Positions 59,852-64,000 of a stretch of DNA of 64,000 nucleotides are shown one piece after another (the stretch's first letter is position 1; each line of letters starts with the position of its first letter). Made by a program: the position numbers and the translations under genes. Source of the stretch: an uncultured candidate division Zixibacteria bacterium (GTDB taxonomy: Bacteria > Zixibacteria > MSB-5A5 > GN15 > PGXB01); contig OY969724.1 in assembly GCA_963702205.1 (NCBI GenBank), positions 3,872,001 through 3,936,000 of the forward strand, given 5' to 3'. Below the pieces are notes generated by a model, which did not search any database, was not told where the DNA came from, and saw only the letters and a list, made by a program, of their open reading frames with translations.

Positions 59852-62134
59852 TTATCTTAGAATCTCGTCGGCATAGAGCTTCTGCAAAGTCAGAAGCGAA
59901 AGCAACCACTCAAGCGTCGACTCGGCACCTTCATTCTGGTTAATGCCGTCAGCCATCAGTCCGTCACGGCAGCCGCCAGTCTTCGGATCATAAAGTGGCA
60001 TATTCAAGTCATTGTGTCCAAGATACCAGTTAAAACACATAACCGCATTATCTATCCATGTCTTGTCACGCGTGATATTAAAGGCTTCGACACAGGCTCC
60101 GATCATAGCATTTGCCTCAATTGGCTGCTGATCAAATCGTGCCTTTGTGCCGCCTTTTTCATACCATCCATTATTGCCAATGGGTACGAAGTGATTGTTT
60201 TCAGTCTGGATAGTGAGCAACCACTTGAGCGATCTGAGTCCCATGTCGACTATTTCACTGCGCTGCATCCATTGGCCCGATAAAAGCAGGGCATGTGACA
60301 GCTGTCCGTTGGCATAGTTTAGAGCGTTTTCCAACCATGGCCAGCTCTCTGTAGAATTGTTTTTGAATTGATTAAATAGCCTGTTTACTATGATTTCTCG
60401 TACTCTTCGCACTTCACTGTCGCCTGAGAATTTATAAAGGTAGGCATGAATGCCGACCAGGGCAAAGGCAATAGCCCTGGGTGATTCAAAGCGCTCCACT
60501 GCTTTCATCGCTTTATTGAACAGGGTCATACTCATCGCCATCTGCCCCGGATTGGCAAGAAACGCAACAGCCTTGCCAATGCCCCAGAGTGCTCTGCCGT
60601 GAGCATCCTCGGATCCAACCTCTTCAGTCCATTGCCGCTCATAGGTCATGAAATTGCGAAATCTCCCATTCTTGTCATTGAAAGAATGCAGTAGAAAGCT
60701 GAGGTATTGGCTGCCAAGCAAATCGAAGTACATACCGTTCACACCCAGATATTCCCGACCCATGGCGGTAACCATTAATGCTCTGGCATTGTCATCGGTG
60801 CAGTAGCCATGGTTACGATCCGGAACAGTATATATGGCATGCTGCAAGATACCAGTATCATCGGTCAAATTTTTCAAGTGGTCGAATTTCATCTCTGGAA
60901 ATTCGAACTTTGTGATGGATTTGATATTTTCATTATATAAATGTCGGGGGCGGGGGTGCCGGGAACGATTGAGTTGAACCTCGCCGAAAACCTCGAGATA
61001 TCTTCGGGACACTTCCTTCCAGATCGCCTCGCGACAAAACATATAGGCTCTCTTGCGTATCGCATGCATGTTCATATCATTGGCAAAGAGGTCGATAATA
61101 TTTTCCGCTATGGCATCAGGGTCTTTGAATGGGACGATAATTCCCCGTCCTTCGGCAAGCATCTCGGTTGCATACCAGTATGGAGTCGAAATAACTGCTT
61201 TGCCGGTTCCCATGGCGTAAGCAAGTGTTCCGGAAGTAATCTGGCCTTCTTCAAGATAAGGGGTTATATATATATCTGCGGCCCCGAGGAATTCACAAAG
61301 TTCTTTCAGTTCGACAAACCGGTTATAAAAAATGACATGATCTCTGATATTGAGCTTGCGCACAAGCTGTTGCAGGTGGATACGGTATTCCTCCCCATGC
61401 GCATTTATAATATGCGGATGCGTTGCTCCCAAGATTATGTAGGTAACATCGGGATATTCTTTAAGGACGGACGGCAGCGCCTGCAGCACGTTTTCAATAC
61501 CCTTATTGGGGGAAAGAAGGCCGAATGTGAGAAGGACTTTTTTGCCTTCCATCCCGAACTTATCTTTGTAGAAGTTAGGATCAATGAAAGGCATATCCGG
61601 TATGCCATGATGGATAAAGACTATTTTCTCCTTCGGAACGGCATAAATCTCATTGAGGAAATCGATAGCTTTCCGGCTCATCACGATTAGTTTGTCTGAT
61701 AGGTCGGATAGCTTGCGCATGACTGCACGATATTCCGGGGAGGGGTCCTTCAATACCGTATGCAGAGTTGTCACGATCGGCATGCGAAGCTCTCCGAGAA
61801 GTTTCAAGAGATGGCTGCCCGCCTGTCCGCCAAATATACCGTATTCATGCTGCACGCAAACAATATCCGTCTGCCCGATATTGAGAAACTCCGATGCCAC
61901 ATTGTAATCAGCCAGTCTGTTCTGGTTGATCACAAATCGCACTTTTCCCGGATATGCATATCCCTCGGGCTTATCATTCATGGCAATCGCCCAGCAATTG
62001 ATATCCGGTGCTTCTGCTGATAAAGCCTCAACAAGATCAGTCGTGAATGTCGCAATGCCGCACAGGCGCGGCAAATAGTTGCCAATTACGGCAATGGAGC
62101 CAATTCCCTCATAATGCCGATCAACGGATGTCAT
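59852..62134 (-). CDS. GT4 glycosyltransferase fused to a C-terminal six-hairpin glycosidase-like domain
   Basis: N-terminal PRLCGIATFT, QHEYGIFGG, NKGIE and SGTLAYA. C-terminal TDDTGILQHA, GYCTDDNARA, FDQQPIE and NQNEGAES. Confidence 0.88.
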   Translation of the reverse strand: MTSVDRHYEGIGSIAVIGNYLPRLCGIATFTTDLVEALSAEAPDINCWAIAMNDKPEGYAYPGKVRFVINQNRLADYNVASEFLNIGQTDIVCVQHEYGIFGGQAGSHLLKLLGELRMPIVTTLHTVLKDPSPEYRAVMRKLSDLSDKLIVMSRKAIDFLNEIYAVPKEKIVFIHHGIPDMPFIDPNFYKDKFGMEGKKVLLTFGLLSPNKGIENVLQALPSVLKEYPDVTYIILGATHPHIINAHGEEYRIHLQQLVRKLNIRDHVIFYNRFVELKELCEFLGAADIYITPYLEEGQITSGTLAYAMGTGKAVISTPYWYATEMLAEGRGIIVPFKDPDAIAENIIDLFANDMNMHAIRKRAYMFCREAIWKEVSRRYLEVFGEVQLNRSRHPRPRHLYNENIKSITKFEFPEMKFDHLKNLTDDTGILQHAIYTVPDRNHGYCTDDNARALMVTAMGREYLGVNGMYFDLLGSQYLSFLLHSFNDKNGRFRNFMTYERQWTEEVGSEDAHGRALWGIGKAVAFLANPGQMAMSMTLFNKAMKAVERFESPRAIAFALVGIHAYLYKFSGDSEVRRVREIIVNRLFNQFKNNSTESWPWLENALNYANGQLSHALLLSGQWMQRSEIVDMGLRSLKWLLTIQTENNHFVPIGNNGWYEKGGTKARFDQQPIEANAMIGACVEAFNITRDKTWIDNAVMCFNWYLGHNDLNMPLYDPKTGGCRDGLMADGINQNEGAESTLEWLLSLLTLQKLYADEILR

Positions 62135-62506
62135 ACCAGGTCCTCAATCTTGTGCATCTTCAAAAAATCTGGACAAGTTGTATCTTAAGATAAAAGACAC
62201 TTCTATGTCTTCAAAAGAATCTGGGCAAGTTGCATTTCAAGATACGAGACGCTTTTTCGATAAGCAAGCGCTTTTGGCAAAAGTCTTCTGGTGCTTATAA
62301 TCCTTGCGACTTGGGTTGATACATTCGTTTTAAATCCCTTGGCTCCGGTGCCAGCGAATAACTGTCCTAGGCGGGATTGCTTCAATCCCACATATACATC
62401 TTTCCTCAGGGCGTCATAATTTGTCAGCTCTTAATCTGGACAGGTTATGCGGCAATAATGAGTTTAATATCAAAAGGTTCTGTATTCTGCACGGTTACAA
62501 TAAATA

Positions 62507-62519
62507 TAAGTTGTTGATT
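62507..62519 (-). promoter_or_regulatory. IHF-type site next to att-like motif copy 4
   Basis: TAAGTTGTTGATT is the reverse complement of AATCAACAACTTA, an exact WATCAANNNNTTR match. Confidence 0.55.
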
Positions 62520-62535
62520 TTAAATGAGATATATG

Positions 62536-62580
62536 AAAGCTCCCCCAATTGGACGAATTCCGCAACTTTTTGCTTCATGA
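62536..62580 (+). repeat. Att-like intergenic motif, copy 4
   Basis: AAAGCTCCCCCAATTGGACGAATTCCGCAACTTTTTGCTTCATGA, 40/45 identical to 43185-43229. Confidence 0.75.
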
Positions 62581-62677
62581 TGAATTACATAATTTACTCC
62601 CTTCCGATATTTCACATATATAATTGCTGTGTAAGCAAAAGATCTTTTAACGCAGGAACCGTTAGTAATCTAAAGAT

Positions 62678-62706
62678 TTGACAGACTCCCGGAATCGCTA
62701 TATTTT
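62678..62706 (+). promoter_or_regulatory. Sigma70-type promoter candidate
   Basis: TTGACA-17 nt-TATTTT upstream of ATG 62765. Confidence 0.5.
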
Positions 62707-62764
62707 ATATGGGTCTAAGCACAGCCCGGTCATATTGCAAACATTATTCTTCTTGGAGGGTGAT

Positions 62765-64000
62765 ATGCGCGGCATAGTTAATGTCTGTCTGGCAGCAGTC
62801 ATACTGCTGTGTGCATCGATAGTATGGGGGCAATCTGATCTTGAAAATCAAAAGGGCAAAGACATCGGTGAATTTATGACGGCTGATAATCGCATTAATT
62901 TAGAAGCAGTTAAGTCCAGCGGTTATCAGGGTTCGTTGAATCTTGAGGGCTTTGCTGTCACTATGGATCCCACCACCGGTGAACTGATTGTAAATCCCTC
63001 TGAAAGTATGTCCCCAGACTCCGATCCGGATGATGTCAATTGGGAAGCCGGATTTTGCCCACCGGGTTGCAATAGCATTGTACGTGCGTTAGTAGTCTAT
63101 GACAACAATCTAATAATAGGAGGGAACTTTTCCTCGGCCGGTGGAACAGAAGCTAATTATATAGCTGCATGGGATGGCTCAGCATGGTCGGCTTTGAGCT
63201 CTGGCATGAATTCCGTTGTTTTGGCCCTGACAGTGTATAACGGGAACTTGATTGCAGGGGGTCAATTTACTACTGCGGGAGGTGTTTCGGCGAATCTTAT
63301 AGCTGCATGGGATGGCTCAGCATGGTCGGCTTTGAGCTCTGGCATGAATTCCGTTGTTTTGGCCCTGACAGTGTATAACGGGAACTTGATTGCAGGGGGT
63401 AAATTTACTACTGCAGGAGGTGTTTCGGCGAATAATATTGCCGCCTGGAACGGTATTTCATGGTCACCATTAGGGTTAGGGACGTATGATGATGTTTATG
63501 CTCTTACAGTATATGATGGATCATTAATTGCCGGAGGAAAATTTGGAGCCGCAGGCGGCGTCCTCGCTGAATATATTGCTTCCTGGGATGGTTCTTCCTG
63601 GTCGCCGTTAGGGTCAGGGGTATATCATAATGCCAATCCAAGCGTATGGGCCTTAACGGTATATAACGGAAAATTGATTGCTGGGGGAAATTTCACAAAA
63701 GCTGGCGGTGTGACGGCGGATCATATTGCTTCCTGGGATGGTGCTTCCTGGTCGCCGCTGGGATCGGGGATTAGTAGCGAAGTCTGGACTATGACTGCGT
63801 TTGACGGGGAATTGATTGCGGGAGGGAATTTTACCACTGCCGGCGGCACAGGTGCCAATTATATTGCTTCCTGGAATGGATCTTCATGGGCGCCGATGGA
63901 ATCCGGCATGAATGACAATGTCTATGCCCTGACAGTGCACGACGAGAAATTAATTGCAGGGGGATTTTTTACTATCGCCGATGATATCTTGACGAATCAT
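62765..64000 (+). CDS. 3'-truncated secreted beta-propeller repeat protein (not in the ORF track)
   Basis: GGAGGG RBS and signal peptide MRGIVNVCLAAVILLCASIVWG. About 46-aa repeats VxALTVYNGxLIAGGxFTTAGGxxANxIAxWDGSxWSxLxSG, open to the window end. Confidence 0.85.
   Translation, partial: MRGIVNVCLAAVILLCASIVWGQSDLENQKGKDIGEFMTADNRINLEAVKSSGYQGSLNLEGFAVTMDPTTGELIVNPSESMSPDSDPDDVNWEAGFCPPGCNSIVRALVVYDNNLIIGGNFSSAGGTEANYIAAWDGSAWSALSSGMNSVVLALTVYNGNLIAGGQFTTAGGVSANLIAAWDGSAWSALSSGMNSVVLALTVYNGNLIAGGKFTTAGGVSANNIAAWNGISWSPLGLGTYDDVYALTVYDGSLIAGGKFGAAGGVLAEYIASWDGSSWSPLGSGVYHNANPSVWALTVYNGKLIAGGNFTKAGGVTADHIASWDGASWSPLGSGISSEVWTMTAFDGELIAGGNFTTAGGTGANYIASWNGSSWAPMESGMNDNVYALTVHDEKLIAGGFFTIADDILTNH
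63160..63433 (+). repeat. Near-identical 138-bp tandem coding repeat
   Basis: 63160-63262 is identical to 63298-63400, with near-identity continuing beyond. Confidence 0.9.

Overview
Bacterial genomic DNA from a diderm anaerobe. Dockerin-tailed secreted proteins, SBBP propellers, an FlgD/T9SS-like tail and large multiheme cytochromes point to candidate division Zixibacteria or a related FCB lineage (inference). The left ~40 kb is mostly GC-rich. It holds a four-module beta-helix/dockerin protein, a GH15 enzyme and an RND pair. It also holds a five-gene putative trans-envelope electron conduit (heme-b membrane protein, 20- and 22-heme cytochromes c, a beta-barrel, and a ferredoxin-FAD/NAD(P) oxidoreductase) and an ECF42/YciI module with its cognate promoter. 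A sigma54-driven Hmc-like redox operon follows, with an NrfD-hexaheme fusion and a PAS kinase/receiver cluster, then two DUF3857 transglutaminase-like genes. The right ~24 kb is visibly more AT-rich and looks accessory. It has secreted propeller and peptidase proteins, a duplicated ~3.8 kb SBBP-dockerin unit, an unannotated 40-aa basic protein, an RRM gene with IS256 in its tail, and a GT4/GH130 cluster. Gene blocks here are separated by four same-orientation copies of a short att-like motif (43185, 47091, 53396, 62536), suggesting a tandem cassette array. No rRNA, tRNA, CRISPR array, reverse transcriptase or site-specific recombinase was seen. Two genes carry single extra-C frameshifts that may be assembly errors.
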